Positions 8,545 through 18,393 of a stretch of DNA of 55,659 nt are shown here, piece by piece (within the stretch, counting starts at the first letter, position 1; the number at the start of each line of letters is the position of its first letter). Made by a program: the position numbers and the translations under genes. The stretch is from a virus (Duplodnaviria > Caudoviricetes), in IMG/VR virus record IMGVR_UViG_3300028920_000083, positions 1-55,659 of that record; one strand, given 5' to 3'. The notes under the pieces are model-generated. The model was not told the DNA's origin. It searched no databases and saw only the letters and a program-made list of their open reading frames with translations.

Positions 8545-9385
8545 CCTTAATAGGATTAGTATAACTAAGCCCATTTTCCGCAGCATATTCTTCAAGCGTC
8601 TGATGAAGTTCCACATTACTAATCTCCCCGGCACACCAAGCTAAACAGCGTGTACCTATATGATTGCCCATTTGAGTTTGAATATAATCCATCATCTCAA
8701 AGATTTCACTGCGCTTTCTGTGGTGCTTAGAGCTAGGCTTAGTAGCATTTGGATTAACTGTCATGGCTTTACGGCCAGAGATTTTAGCATCCTTCAACTT
8801 ACGTGCTGCCTCAAAACAAGACTCTTTACCAGCCGTATTATTGATAGCGAATAGCTCACGGATATTAGCCTGCGTGATAAAACCTGCTGCACACTCGTCC
8901 TGAATCTCTTGAGGCAGAGCCAAAAGCATATACCGAATTTGTACCCAACCTCTTGACATCCCGAGACGTTCGGCTGTAGCCCCCTCAGAGACACCTAAAT
9001 CCTTGAGTCTTTTAATAGCCTTAGCTTCCTGAACAATATTCAAATCCTTACGCTTGATATTTTCAGACAGATTAAAGAATCTGGCTACTGTCTCATCCAT
9101 CATATCAGGACGTATGATCGCTGGAATATGTGTACGCTTAAGCACTTTATGAGACATGAACCTACGATAACCCGCCACCAGTCGATACTTGTAACCAGTT
9201 TCTTTTGCTTGTTCTTCGTCGTAAGGTGCTATTGTTACAGGTTGTATAAGGCCGTTAGCCTCAATATCTTTAGCCAAATCAACAACATCGATTGGTGCAA
9301 TCTTTCCTCGACAATTGAATTCCTCATCCATATGGATGAGTTCAAGTGCCACACTTTGATACTCCCCCATTTCTTGCTTACTCAT
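8519..9385 (-). CDS. ParB/RepB/Spo0J-like protein 1
   Basis: GLIQPVTI...LVAGYRR (GxxR), ENIKRKDL, HTH TAERLGMSRGWV. Confidence 0.85.
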   Translation of the reverse strand: MSKQEMGEYQSVALELIHMDEEFNCRGKIAPIDVVDLAKDIEANGLIQPVTIAPYDEEQAKETGYKYRLVAGYRRFMSHKVLKRTHIPAIIRPDMMDETVARFFNLSENIKRKDLNIVQEAKAIKRLKDLGVSEGATAERLGMSRGWVQIRYMLLALPQEIQDECAAGFITQANIRELFAINNTAGKESCFEAARKLKDAKISGRKAMTVNPNATKPSSKHHRKRSEIFEMMDYIQTQMGNHIGTRCLAWCAGEISNVELHQTLEEYAAENGLSYTNPIKDEDKVPTL

Positions 9386-9386
9386 T

Positions 9387-11348
9387 TTAATATACCCTTT
9401 CTTCTGCGTTATCCATTTGCTCCAAAATATCTCCCAACTCTCCCATACTAATACTTTGTAACTTCTTTTTCTTTTTGAGATTATCCAGCACTAACTTATC
9501 GGTAGCTAGATGTATGATGTCCTTAATCGTCGCTCCGCGATTCTCATCCATACCCATACGGTGGATACGATCCTCAGCCTGCATACGTGCTTCACCATTG
9601 AAACAATTAGAATAAAACAAGGCAGTGGGTGAAGCTGTCAAATTTAAAGCCATACCACCAGCCTGTGGGTGTCCTACGACGCAGAGTTTGGGATACGTCT
9701 CAAGCAACTCGTTATATCTCGGATGGGTTCTATCCATCGCAATAAGGAGTTCTTCGTCACTAATAGACTCTCCTGTTGCAGCTTGTCCAATAAATCCGCG
9801 TCCATCAATACGCAGAGTCGCCCATCCATATTTATGGCAAACGTCAACAAGTCTATCAATTGTTCCTGTGAATCCTCCCCAAACGACGTAACGACCGCAA
9901 TCTTCATGCATGTCAAGTTCGTCGATAAGGACTTGATCTTTAGGAGACTCAACTGCATCAGTTGCACGTCTGTATCGCTTAACTTTGCCAACCCCGCCAC
10001 AGGTATCACAATGTATTTCACGGATTTCGAAATCTTGCTCTCCAACATTTTGAGGAGCCATGATGTCAATATCTCGTGTAGAAACTCGGACTTTCGATTT
10101 TCCGGTTCCATTACACTGCGGGCAGATATCTTCTCCGATAACTTCGTCGGTATATTGAAAACCGTCTGACAACTCTCTAAGCAAAGTGAGAGCTTCAATG
10201 GCTCTCGCGGACTTTTTCTTAATAATTCTAGCTGCACGAAGCATGTCGGGGGTAGGCTTGACTCGGATAAGTTCATATTGCTTATCGGGGAGGTCGAGAC
10301 AATTTTTCTTAAATTTAACCAGTACAAGGCCCTTCATCCTCCTATAAAGACGGGCAACCTCATTCTCAGATTTTTCAAATCTGTGGCCTTCATTCATCAC
10401 CACAGACATTTCTTCATGGTTTAAATGTTCTTTTGGTTGACCACAAATTCTACATTTATTCTCATCATCAAGCCATGTAACAACATGTGGATAGACACCC
10501 CCGGTAATACTTTGACGTTCTTCAATAAGACAGAGACGCGATTTAAACTTGTTAACTTGACCTTCGCGGAGGAACCCCGGACAGGCAACTTCACATTGAT
10601 GCCACCAATCAGTAGGAGCCTTTGGAGCCGGGGTTCCACTCATCTCTAAGATTATACCATCATAACCATATTCCTCACGGAGAGCATCAGCAACATGCAT
10701 AGCTGCTTGTGACCGCTGTGCTGTCGGTGTTTTTATTTTACTTGACTCATCTAATATAATGATTTTAGGAGCAGGATCACCATCGGCCCATGCCTTGACA
10801 CGGGTAACTAGACCCTCATAAGTGAACATCACAGGTCGTACTTTAGAGTTCCATTTATCTAATTCTAGAGACACGGCACGGATACCAGAACGCGGACCAA
10901 CATACCATGCCTCATGATCTTCTAATCCTAAACGCTCCATAGCTTCAATAGCTACAAGCGTCTTACCAGTGCCCATTTCACCTGCTATGATACCGTGTCG
11001 TATAGTCATAATAAACGATAACATCTCTCCTTGATGTATACGTAAAGGACGCTCAAATTGAATATCAGGAATTTCTTGATCGTACCAAGCATAAGGATTA
11101 TTACCTTGGAGATATTCAAGCTGAAAATGATTACGTGAACTGTTTGCTATTGACCATATCTTACGAGGCGGATCATCGAATCCATGCCACTTAGCACCCT
11201 GCATTGACTTGATTTCATCAATCAATGTTTTATTGTATTTGAACTTAACAAAGATTCTGCTACCCTTATAAATAAGGGTAACAGGCTTTAGATACTTACC
11301 TGCGCGTACCTTTATATGCTGTTCACCTTCTTTCACTTTCCACCCCAC
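9387..11348 (-). CDS. SNF2-family (SF2) helicase with zinc-finger insertions
   Basis: GEMGTGKT, DESS, SGTP, QAEDRIHRMG; CPQCNGTG/CDTCGGVG insertion; true start may be GTG 11336. Confidence 0.88.
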   Translation of the reverse strand: MGWKVKEGEQHIKVRAGKYLKPVTLIYKGSRIFVKFKYNKTLIDEIKSMQGAKWHGFDDPPRKIWSIANSSRNHFQLEYLQGNNPYAWYDQEIPDIQFERPLRIHQGEMLSFIMTIRHGIIAGEMGTGKTLVAIEAMERLGLEDHEAWYVGPRSGIRAVSLELDKWNSKVRPVMFTYEGLVTRVKAWADGDPAPKIIILDESSKIKTPTAQRSQAAMHVADALREEYGYDGIILEMSGTPAPKAPTDWWHQCEVACPGFLREGQVNKFKSRLCLIEERQSITGGVYPHVVTWLDDENKCRICGQPKEHLNHEEMSVVMNEGHRFEKSENEVARLYRRMKGLVLVKFKKNCLDLPDKQYELIRVKPTPDMLRAARIIKKKSARAIEALTLLRELSDGFQYTDEVIGEDICPQCNGTGKSKVRVSTRDIDIMAPQNVGEQDFEIREIHCDTCGGVGKVKRYRRATDAVESPKDQVLIDELDMHEDCGRYVVWGGFTGTIDRLVDVCHKYGWATLRIDGRGFIGQAATGESISDEELLIAMDRTHPRYNELLETYPKLCVVGHPQAGGMALNLTASPTALFYSNCFNGEARMQAEDRIHRMGMDENRGATIKDIIHLATDKLVLDNLKKKKKLQSISMGELGDILEQMDNAEERVY

Positions 11349-11857
11349 AATATGAATGTACCATCTTCTAATTCACGCTCGGAGAATGATGTCCACAATT
11401 CTCGATAGCCTGTTTGTCTAAAAAAGTTATAACACTTATTCATTACTTTACGCGCCGCTTTAGGAGCTACTTCTCTACACCCACGTAAAATAGCTTGATA
11501 CCATTGTGCCATGTTACCAGATACAATTGCAAGACATTCATCATGGTCATAAAAACGATCATAGATTTCTAAATCAAAATTATAGTAAAGAGAGTCAAGA
11601 CCGCGTTTATCTAATACCACAAGAAAGGAGAACGTGACATGCCGGAATGTAAAGTTTCTAGTGAACCCATGCCGAAGATTTAGAAGTGGTTCGTTATCCA
11701 TAGGCAGACACCCAAGGAATGAAGCCGGATCTTTCGGCTGCATACCTTGATTGTCTAATCCGCGAGTAGGACTATATCCAAGATGTTCTTGACATACCTT
11801 GATAAAGGTAGCCCAATCAGGGTGAGTGTATGCAAGTGGTACGATTTTATAATCCAC
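11333..11857 (-). CDS. Degenerate ThyX-like protein
   Basis: FRHVTFSF and IVSGNMAQW...RGC...ARKV resemble ThyX EHxSFTF and VTxNxRxW...LR...EIR; RHR motif absent. Confidence 0.4.
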   Translation of the reverse strand: MDYKIVPLAYTHPDWATFIKVCQEHLGYSPTRGLDNQGMQPKDPASFLGCLPMDNEPLLNLRHGFTRNFTFRHVTFSFLVVLDKRGLDSLYYNFDLEIYDRFYDHDECLAIVSGNMAQWYQAILRGCREVAPKAARKVMNKCYNFFRQTGYRELWTSFSERELEDGTFILWGGK

Positions 11858-11880
11858 AACTCTATCTCCAAATATAGGGA

Positions 11881-11918
11881 GAGTGGGAACCACTGTGGCG
11901 AATCAGTGGCCCCACTCC
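11881..11918 (-). terminator. Stable stem-loop without U-tract downstream of the SSB-like gene
   Basis: 15-bp stem GAGTGGGGGCCACTG/CAGTGGTTCCCACTC; its G-U pairs form only in the minus-strand RNA. Confidence 0.55.
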
Positions 11919-11937
11919 CCCACTTGGCTGCTATACC

Positions 11938-12645
11938 TTACCGCTCGCGCCCGTTGTCAGAGGAATCATCATCCTCAGGAATACGTTCAACTTCGCTCTT
12001 AGGCGGGTTATTGAACTTATCAACCTGAGTCTGAATATCCTCAACAGGAGGAATATCCATCGGTGTCGAACAAGGAACAATCGTAGGCGCATACCATGAA
12101 TACTTCTTCGTCTCGATGAGATGCGATTTCAGTGTAGCAGCCTTACCAACTCGCGCTCTCAGATTCGGAGCTTCCCGTCTGGAAGACTTACTACCCATGA
12201 AGAAGGTAGCGAACTGCTCCTTAGACGGAATATACAGCAAGAACTCTGGCCCAAACATGCAGCCAGAATCCTGTTCGTTAGACTTCTCCTGAATACGCTT
12301 GAACTCCTCGTCCTCAGGATCATAGACTGTGATGATTTCATCATCAATCTCAAGAGCCTTCGGACGCCAAGTAACAACCGCAACATCCAGTGCCTCACCA
12401 AGATCGATAAGATTCTGACCTTGGACTAGGGCATAATGATTAATCGGGAACAATCCCTTTTTGCACTGATCGGAGTTAGCCGTCATAAGCTGGAGCCTCG
12501 GAAGGAAATCTCCAGCCTTTGTGGCAGCAGCAAACGCATCGTCATCAAACTTCTCGATTGTGCCACCAGAAACCTCTGCGGGGATAATATTTGCTTCTGA
12601 CTCATCCCCGTATACAAGCCTGAACTTCATTTGCGTACCGCGCAT
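11938..12645 (-). CDS. Putative ssDNA-binding/replication accessory protein
   Basis: Within the replication module, acidic C-terminal tail, strong AGGAG RBS; function inferred from context only. Confidence 0.45.
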   Translation of the reverse strand: MRGTQMKFRLVYGDESEANIIPAEVSGGTIEKFDDDAFAAATKAGDFLPRLQLMTANSDQCKKGLFPINHYALVQGQNLIDLGEALDVAVVTWRPKALEIDDEIITVYDPEDEEFKRIQEKSNEQDSGCMFGPEFLLYIPSKEQFATFFMGSKSSRREAPNLRARVGKAATLKSHLIETKKYSWYAPTIVPCSTPMDIPPVEDIQTQVDKFNNPPKSEVERIPEDDDSSDNGRER

Positions 12646-12741
12646 GTTAAATCTCCTATGATCTTAGAATCCGAAATTGTGGCACGAACTCCCACCCCGT
12701 TTGTGCCGAACGCGCCATATAACCGCGTCTCCCTAGTCATG

Positions 12742-13716
12742 TTAGTTACCAGACAGATCGGCCGCAGCCTTCGCGGCTTCCTCGGCCTCCTTCTTCTTCT
12801 TCTCAGCGATCTTCTGAGCCCTCTCTGCATCACGCTGCTTCTTCTTCTCCTCCTTGAGACGCTTCCGCTCCTCGTCCTTCGCCTTCTGAGCTTCCACGCT
12901 CTTGGGGTCAAGATGAAGCACCCACTTGATTGCAAGATCAAAGCCCTCAGCCGCAGTCTTGACGCCGGTTTCCTTGATCAGCGCCTTAGCAATCTTACCA
13001 GCCTCCATCTCATCCTTGATGTCCTTAAGCTTCTGCATGAAAGCAACAGGCTGGAAAACAGCGGCCTCAGCATCCTTGCCCTTACGCTTGGCGTCCCGAA
13101 TCTCCTTCACGCGCGCGTTCACAGCGGGAACGAACTCGTCAGGAGCCTGAGTCATGGCACGATCTACGAAATCAGCCATCTCCTCCGGCGGGAGCTTCGC
13201 CATAGCATAAGCATTGGCGAGCTTGATCTTACCCTCGTTAACGAGTGCCGCAATGTCGGCGTTTGTGATCTTGGTCAGACCCAAACGCTCCTTGATCCAT
13301 TGCGTAGACTTGCCAAGCTTCGTGGCAAGCTCCGCCTCAGTCATCAGCGGATTACGTGACAGAATACGGAGTAGCTGCTTAGAATACTCCACAGGCTTTG
13401 TCTCAATCTTGTGGATGTTCGCCATGATTTGTGCTTCCATCACAGCGTCGTCGTCAAGCGTGACAACATCCACGTTGATTTGCTCAATCCCTGCGTCCTT
13501 AGCAGCCGAGAATCGGTGAAGTCCATCCACCAGCTCATAGAACTCATCGCCCGTCTCATCGTCCTTCTTGGAACGAACCGTAATAGCTCCAAGGAATCCC
13601 TTGTTGCGAATCGAATCAACAAGACCGAGATATTCCTCGGACTCTCGATTCACGCTGCGAAGCGCAACAGGATTCTCCCTGATTGCAGCAATCGCAATAA
13701 CAGCCAGCTTACCCAT
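12742..13716 (-). CDS. ParB/RepB/Spo0J-like protein 2
   Basis: GFLGAITVR...LVDGLHR, HTH ELATKLGKSTQWI, charged coiled-coil C-terminus. Confidence 0.85.
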   Translation of the reverse strand: MGKLAVIAIAAIRENPVALRSVNRESEEYLGLVDSIRNKGFLGAITVRSKKDDETGDEFYELVDGLHRFSAAKDAGIEQINVDVVTLDDDAVMEAQIMANIHKIETKPVEYSKQLLRILSRNPLMTEAELATKLGKSTQWIKERLGLTKITNADIAALVNEGKIKLANAYAMAKLPPEEMADFVDRAMTQAPDEFVPAVNARVKEIRDAKRKGKDAEAAVFQPVAFMQKLKDIKDEMEAGKIAKALIKETGVKTAAEGFDLAIKWVLHLDPKSVEAQKAKDEERKRLKEEKKKQRDAERAQKIAEKKKKEAEEAAKAAADLSGN

Positions 13717-13754
13717 TGTAATGATTCCCCAAAATCAGACCTGAATGATTTCCC

Positions 13755-13783
13755 AAATCAAATCCCGTTGCATGATTTGATTT
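13755..13783. repeat. Inverted repeat AAATCAAATC-N9-GATTTGATTT
   Basis: Perfect 10-bp inverted repeat; the same motif recurs at 14035-14078 and 2817-2957. Confidence 0.7.
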
Positions 13784-13840
13784 CACATGGGGCACCCCCT
13801 TTCGCATGGTAACGTCTCCACGGCAGGACTATACATTACT

Positions 13841-13872
13841 TATTACGGGATTTTTTCGCTTTTGGTAACTAA
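13841..13872 (-). promoter_or_regulatory. Bipartite motif copy 1 (putative phage-sigma promoter, leftward replication operon)
   Basis: TTAGTTACCAAA-N12-CCGTAATA on the minus strand. Confidence 0.7.
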
Positions 13873-13931
13873 AAAGTTTTTATACTACTGACTAATTACT
13901 GACTTACTCTTTTTCAAGAGTATATAAGGAA

Positions 13932-13947
13932 AGCAATTAACATGCCA
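13932..13947 (-). promoter_or_regulatory. sigma54 (-24/-12) promoter motif
   Basis: TGGCAT-GTTAA-TTGCT, GG-N10-GC spacing. Confidence 0.7.
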
Positions 13948-13973
13948 ATAATTATACAATAAAATAAAAAAAG

Positions 13974-14005
13974 TTAGTTACCAAATTCCAGTAATTGCCG
14001 TAATA
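13974..14005 (+). promoter_or_regulatory. Bipartite motif copy 2 (putative phage-sigma promoter, primase operon)
   Basis: TTAGTTACCAAA-TTCCAGTAATTG-CCGTAATA. Confidence 0.7.
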
Positions 14006-14034
14006 GATAATGGAGTAGTATATAATAACCGCAG

Positions 14035-14078
14035 TGATTTGATTTCAATATTTCCACCCGGTTTACAGAATCAAATCA
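14035..14078. repeat. Inverted repeat TGATTTGATT-N24-AATCAAATCA
   Basis: Perfect 10-bp inverted repeat just upstream of the primase start. Confidence 0.65.
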
Positions 14079-14093
14079 GGAAAGTCTGCCATT

Positions 14094-16793
14094 ATGCCCA
14101 CAAGGACAGAAGCAATTGGACGATTTTTAAATCATATAGCTGAACACGACCTTGCAGAACTCTATACTCCAGATATGGAAGTCCAAGTTAATGTAGCACA
14201 AGATGGCGGGGAGCGTATTGACGGGGATTTCAAAGGTAAGAAGTGGCATGGCTGGACAGATGGATTGACAACATGGAAGTCCTTCCGTATACCCCACCAT
14301 GCAAATACAGAGCCAGAGTATACTGATTCTGAAATCAGATTCGACCTTGAGGCTCATGCCGAAGGTATAGGCATGACAGGTTGGGATTGGAAGTCCCGAT
14401 GCAGCAAGTGGGTGGCCTTTGATTTTGATGCCATAATGGGACATTCCGATAAGCATACTCACAAACTTACAAACGAGCAGCTTGAAGAAGTTAAGCAAAC
14501 AGCAATTGCTATTGAGTGGGTAACGATTCGAAAATCTTCTTCTGGCAAGGGTCTACATTTATATGTATTCCTTGATGATGTATCTACCCAAAACCATAAT
14601 GAGCATTCAGCTTTAGCTAGAGCTATTATCGGTAAGATGTCTGCCATCACTGGCTTTGATTTTCAAAGTCATGTAGATATCTGCGGCGGTAATATGTGGG
14701 TTTGGCATCGTAAGACCGCTGGTACAGATGGTTTTAAATTAATTAAAAAAGGTATGATACTTCGTGATATTCCTCTTAACTGGCGTGACCATATTCAAGT
14801 TGTTAGTGGTCGGCGTCGAAAGAATATGCCTCAAGATATTACTGGTGCAGATAATTTAGACCTATTTGAAGAACTTGCAGGTCAAAGGCCAAAGGTTAGT
14901 TTAGAAGAATCTCATAAAAAGCTTATACAATATCTTACAGATATTGATGCTGTTTGGTGGTGGGATCAGGATCATCACATGTTAGTTACTCATACTATTT
15001 ATCTGAAAGAAGCCCACAAAGATTTGCAAATGCGGGGTTTCTTTAATACCGAAGCTGTCGGTACTGAACGTGGTGCTGACCATAATTGCTTCCTCTTTCC
15101 GATGCGGCGTGGTGCTTGGGCTGTTAGACGATTTTCACCGGGTACTCAAGAACATGAATCATGGGATCAAGACGGTGCTGGCTGGACTCGTACTTACTTG
15201 AATCGAGAACCTGATCTTAAAGCAGCTTGTAGAGCTTATGGCGGATTAGAAGATCCGTCTGGTGGATTCGTATTTCGTGAAGCTGAAATGGCTATGAAGG
15301 CAGCAGCACTTCTTGGTGTTACACTTAATATAGGTGCCCCGCTACTGTCGCGGGAGACGAAACTCAAACAACATAAAGACGGGCGGCTTGTTGCAATAGT
15401 CGAACGTAAAGAAGCAGATCGTGCTGACGAGATGGAAGGTTGGCTGCCGAAGAAAGGTGATTGGACAAAGATTCATAATACTCAAGTTACTGCACCGACA
15501 GAACCAGACATGGGTAATTATGACGATATGGTTAGACATCTAGTTACAGAGTCCGGTGAAGATTATGGTTGGATGATTAAGAGTGATGGGTATTGGCGTA
15601 ATGAACCACTTGCCCATGTTAGAATAGCATTAGGTTCACTTGGCCTCAAGTCAGGTGAAGTCTCTACGATTTTGGGATCATCCATTTTTAAATGTTGGAA
15701 AGTTGTTAACAAACCTTTCCAGCCTGAATATCCCGGTGATCGAGAATGGAACCGTAATGCTGCACAGTTCCGATTCTTGCCATCAAAAGATCGTGATCTC
15801 CATGTATATCCTACGTGGTTTAAAATCTTGCAGCATTGTGGCTCGGGTCTTGATGAAACAATCAAGAATAATGGTTGGTGTAAAGCTAATGGTATTTTGA
15901 CGGGTGCTGATTATCTTAAGTGTTGGATAGCTTCACTCTTTAGAGAGCCACTTGAACCCTTACCATATCTCTTTATGTATGGACCACAGAATAGTGGTAA
16001 ATCTATTTTCCATGAAGCACTTAGTCTACTATTAACTAAAGGCTACAAGCGAGCCGATGCGGCTCTTATAAGTCAGGCAGGTTTCAATGCCGAACTTGAG
16101 GGAGCTATAATTTGTGTCGTTGAAGAAACAGATCTTAAAAAGAATCGTACTGCTTACAATAGGATTAAGGATTGGGTAACTTCGCGTGATTTATTAATCC
16201 ATTGTAAAGGTAAAACACCTTATCATATACCAAATGCTACACACTGGATACAGTGCGCTAATGAACATCAAGCTTGTCCTATATTCACAGGTGATACTCG
16301 TATTACCATGTGCTTTGTAGAGCATCTTGATCCTACTATTATGATCCCTAAAAAGAAACTGATACCGATGTTGGAGCGTGAGGCTCCTGATTTCTTGGCA
16401 GAGATTATAGGATTAGAATTACCTCCTTCTTCTGATCGTCTTAATGTCCCGGTTATTGAAACTGAGGATAAAAATATTGCACAAAAACTCAATCAAACTC
16501 AGCTTGAATTATTTGTTGATGAAAAGACTCAACATGCTAACGGTCACATGATTAAATTTAGTGAGTTCTACGATAAGTTTTTAGAGTGGATGGACCCGAA
16601 TGAAGTCCACTTATGGAGTAAAATTAGGGTTGGGCGGGAGTTACCGCCTCAACTGCCTAAGGGTAGACGCCGATATGATGGACAATTTTATATCGGTAAT
16701 ATTTGTTGGGCAGGTATCGAATCTACTGAGGAAACAGAAAGCAAGAAACTTGTTTCCAGAAATGATTATTTAGTTGAAATCGAAAATGATTAA
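14094..16793 (+). CDS. AEP primase fused to SF3 (D5-like) helicase
   Basis: AFDFD (motif I), SSSGKGLHLY (motif II); Walker A GPQNSGKS, Walker B ICVVEE, motif C QCAN. Confidence 0.88.
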   Translation: MPTRTEAIGRFLNHIAEHDLAELYTPDMEVQVNVAQDGGERIDGDFKGKKWHGWTDGLTTWKSFRIPHHANTEPEYTDSEIRFDLEAHAEGIGMTGWDWKSRCSKWVAFDFDAIMGHSDKHTHKLTNEQLEEVKQTAIAIEWVTIRKSSSGKGLHLYVFLDDVSTQNHNEHSALARAIIGKMSAITGFDFQSHVDICGGNMWVWHRKTAGTDGFKLIKKGMILRDIPLNWRDHIQVVSGRRRKNMPQDITGADNLDLFEELAGQRPKVSLEESHKKLIQYLTDIDAVWWWDQDHHMLVTHTIYLKEAHKDLQMRGFFNTEAVGTERGADHNCFLFPMRRGAWAVRRFSPGTQEHESWDQDGAGWTRTYLNREPDLKAACRAYGGLEDPSGGFVFREAEMAMKAAALLGVTLNIGAPLLSRETKLKQHKDGRLVAIVERKEADRADEMEGWLPKKGDWTKIHNTQVTAPTEPDMGNYDDMVRHLVTESGEDYGWMIKSDGYWRNEPLAHVRIALGSLGLKSGEVSTILGSSIFKCWKVVNKPFQPEYPGDREWNRNAAQFRFLPSKDRDLHVYPTWFKILQHCGSGLDETIKNNGWCKANGILTGADYLKCWIASLFREPLEPLPYLFMYGPQNSGKSIFHEALSLLLTKGYKRADAALISQAGFNAELEGAIICVVEETDLKKNRTAYNRIKDWVTSRDLLIHCKGKTPYHIPNATHWIQCANEHQACPIFTGDTRITMCFVEHLDPTIMIPKKKLIPMLEREAPDFLAEIIGLELPPSSDRLNVPVIETEDKNIAQKLNQTQLELFVDEKTQHANGHMIKFSEFYDKFLEWMDPNEVHLWSKIRVGRELPPQLPKGRRRYDGQFYIGNICWAGIESTEETESKKLVSRNDYLVEIEND

Positions 16794-16992
16794 AGACATT
16801 TTGGATAAGCTACCTGAGGAACAGCGTAAGCAACTCATGCACGCTTTTGAGCATGAGTTTGCTCAATACGTTGAATTACCTGATGGTAAATTCATCGGTG
16901 TTAATGTAACACCGGTTAAGCATTTAAAGATTCGAGAATCAGCAGGTAATTGGCATTATGGTGATGTTATGAAAGGTACAAAGGATGAGTGA
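16786..16992 (+). CDS. Hypothetical protein
   Basis: Overlaps the primase stop. Confidence 0.6.
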   Translation: MIKDILDKLPEEQRKQLMHAFEHEFAQYVELPDGKFIGVNVTPVKHLKIRESAGNWHYGDVMKGTKDE

Positions 16993-17167
16993 ACAATTTA
17001 GAGAACATTTATCAGCAGCCATTAACCTAGCGATTGAGCGGACTCTTGCAGAGTATGATGATATAACTTACTCAGAAGTGATAGGTGTTTTAGAGACAAT
17101 CAAGATGGAAACATTCTTTGAGTATTTGGAGGCTAAGAGAGATGGCGAAGAAGAAATCGGAACTTAA
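16985..17167 (+). CDS. Hypothetical protein
   Basis: Coupled small acidic ORF. Confidence 0.6.
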   Translation: MSEQFREHLSAAINLAIERTLAEYDDITYSEVIGVLETIKMETFFEYLEAKRDGEEEIGT

Positions 17168-17528
17168 GGATTCTGGGAAGCGTCGGAAATTCCAGACAGG
17201 AGCAGTCAGGGATGTGACGACTCTCAAGGGAGCATACCACCTTCTGAGCCCGATAGCGAAACGCCGACTAGCTATACATAGCCAGCGTGGAGCTATAAAA
17301 TATAGCGATCGGAATTGGGAAAAAGGTATTCCTCTTTCTTCGTTCTTTGATTCTGCTTGTCGGCATCTAGATGATTACCTTGAAGGTAAAGATGATGAAG
17401 ATCATCTTGCGGCAGCATTTTGGAATATACAAGGACTCATCCATACTGAGGAGATGATTAAAAGAGGCTTACTGCCAGAGCATCTTAACGATTTACCCGT
17501 CTATATAAAGGGTAAAAAACGTGACTGA
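17142..17528 (+). CDS. dATP/dGTP diphosphohydrolase domain protein (DUF5664-like)
   Basis: F-x-TGAVRD...KG...GAIKYSDRNWEKGIP...RHL...EDHLAAAFWN. Confidence 0.8.
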   Translation: MAKKKSELKDSGKRRKFQTGAVRDVTTLKGAYHLLSPIAKRRLAIHSQRGAIKYSDRNWEKGIPLSSFFDSACRHLDDYLEGKDDEDHLAAAFWNIQGLIHTEEMIKRGLLPEHLNDLPVYIKGKKRD

Positions 17529-18393
17529 CCTACTAAGTATGTTTGAAGATTTAGATCGTAACGCGGAACAATCTACCCGTGAGACAATCTTAAGAGCACC
17601 ATTCAAATATCCGGGCGGAAAGTCTCGGTCTATAAAATTCATTATACCACGACTGCCTTATCGTGGTATGTATATTGAGCCTTTCGGTGGATCGGCTGCT
17701 GTTTTACTTGCTAGACACCCTAGTAAAATGGAGGTTTTCAATGATAGATATGCTGGTGTCGTTGCCTTTTATCGTTGCCTACGTGATCCGAAACGTATGG
17801 CAAGACTATGTGAAGCTATCGAACTATCTGTCCATAGTCGAGAAGATTTTATAATCAATCGGGATTGGCAAAATCCGGATGATGATATCGAGCGAGCCTT
17901 TAGATGGTATTATATGACTGAGTATTCTTTTGCAGGTCTTGGCCGAAACTTCGGACGCTCAACATCTGCAAAAGCGTCGTTAGCTAGTATAAGAGATAAG
18001 CTTCCATTATTCCCATTAATACATGACCGGTTCAAAAAGGTACAGGTCGAGAATCAAGATTGGTATGACTGCATACAAGATTATGATAATCCTGATGCTG
18101 TATTCTATATTGATCCTCCATATATTGATGCTGACACAGGTATCTATAAAAGTAAAATGACGCATGATGATCATCGACGGCTTCTCGATGTTATCATGCA
18201 TCTACAAGGTTTTGCAGCAGTATCCGGTTATTCCAATCCTTTGTACGAGAATCAAGAGTGGGATGCCCGCTACGAGTGGGAATCTTTTGTGTCAATACAG
18301 TCTCAAGCCTATACTGAGACAAATCGTAAGGCTCATTTAAAAGGTGTGGATAAAAGATCCACAGCTAAGGAGGTACTGTGGGTGAAAGAATAA
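17521..18393 (+). CDS. Dam/D12-class DNA adenine methyltransferase
   Basis: YPGGKS, YIEPFGGS, ND, DPPY. Confidence 0.9.
   Translation: MTDLLSMFEDLDRNAEQSTRETILRAPFKYPGGKSRSIKFIIPRLPYRGMYIEPFGGSAAVLLARHPSKMEVFNDRYAGVVAFYRCLRDPKRMARLCEAIELSVHSREDFIINRDWQNPDDDIERAFRWYYMTEYSFAGLGRNFGRSTSAKASLASIRDKLPLFPLIHDRFKKVQVENQDWYDCIQDYDNPDAVFYIDPPYIDADTGIYKSKMTHDDHRRLLDVIMHLQGFAAVSGYSNPLYENQEWDARYEWESFVSIQSQAYTETNRKAHLKGVDKRSTAKEVLWVKE

Noticed and set aside
12631-13359. 242-aa plus-strand ORF antisense to ParB 2
   Set aside because: Shadow of a gene with biased codons; the Leu-rich sequence mirrors Lys/Glu codons and has no recognisable motif
17142-17528. Possible 2-aminoadenine (Z-genome) pathway
   Set aside because: No PurZ-like gene in the window; this hydrolase domain also occurs in phages without Z-DNA
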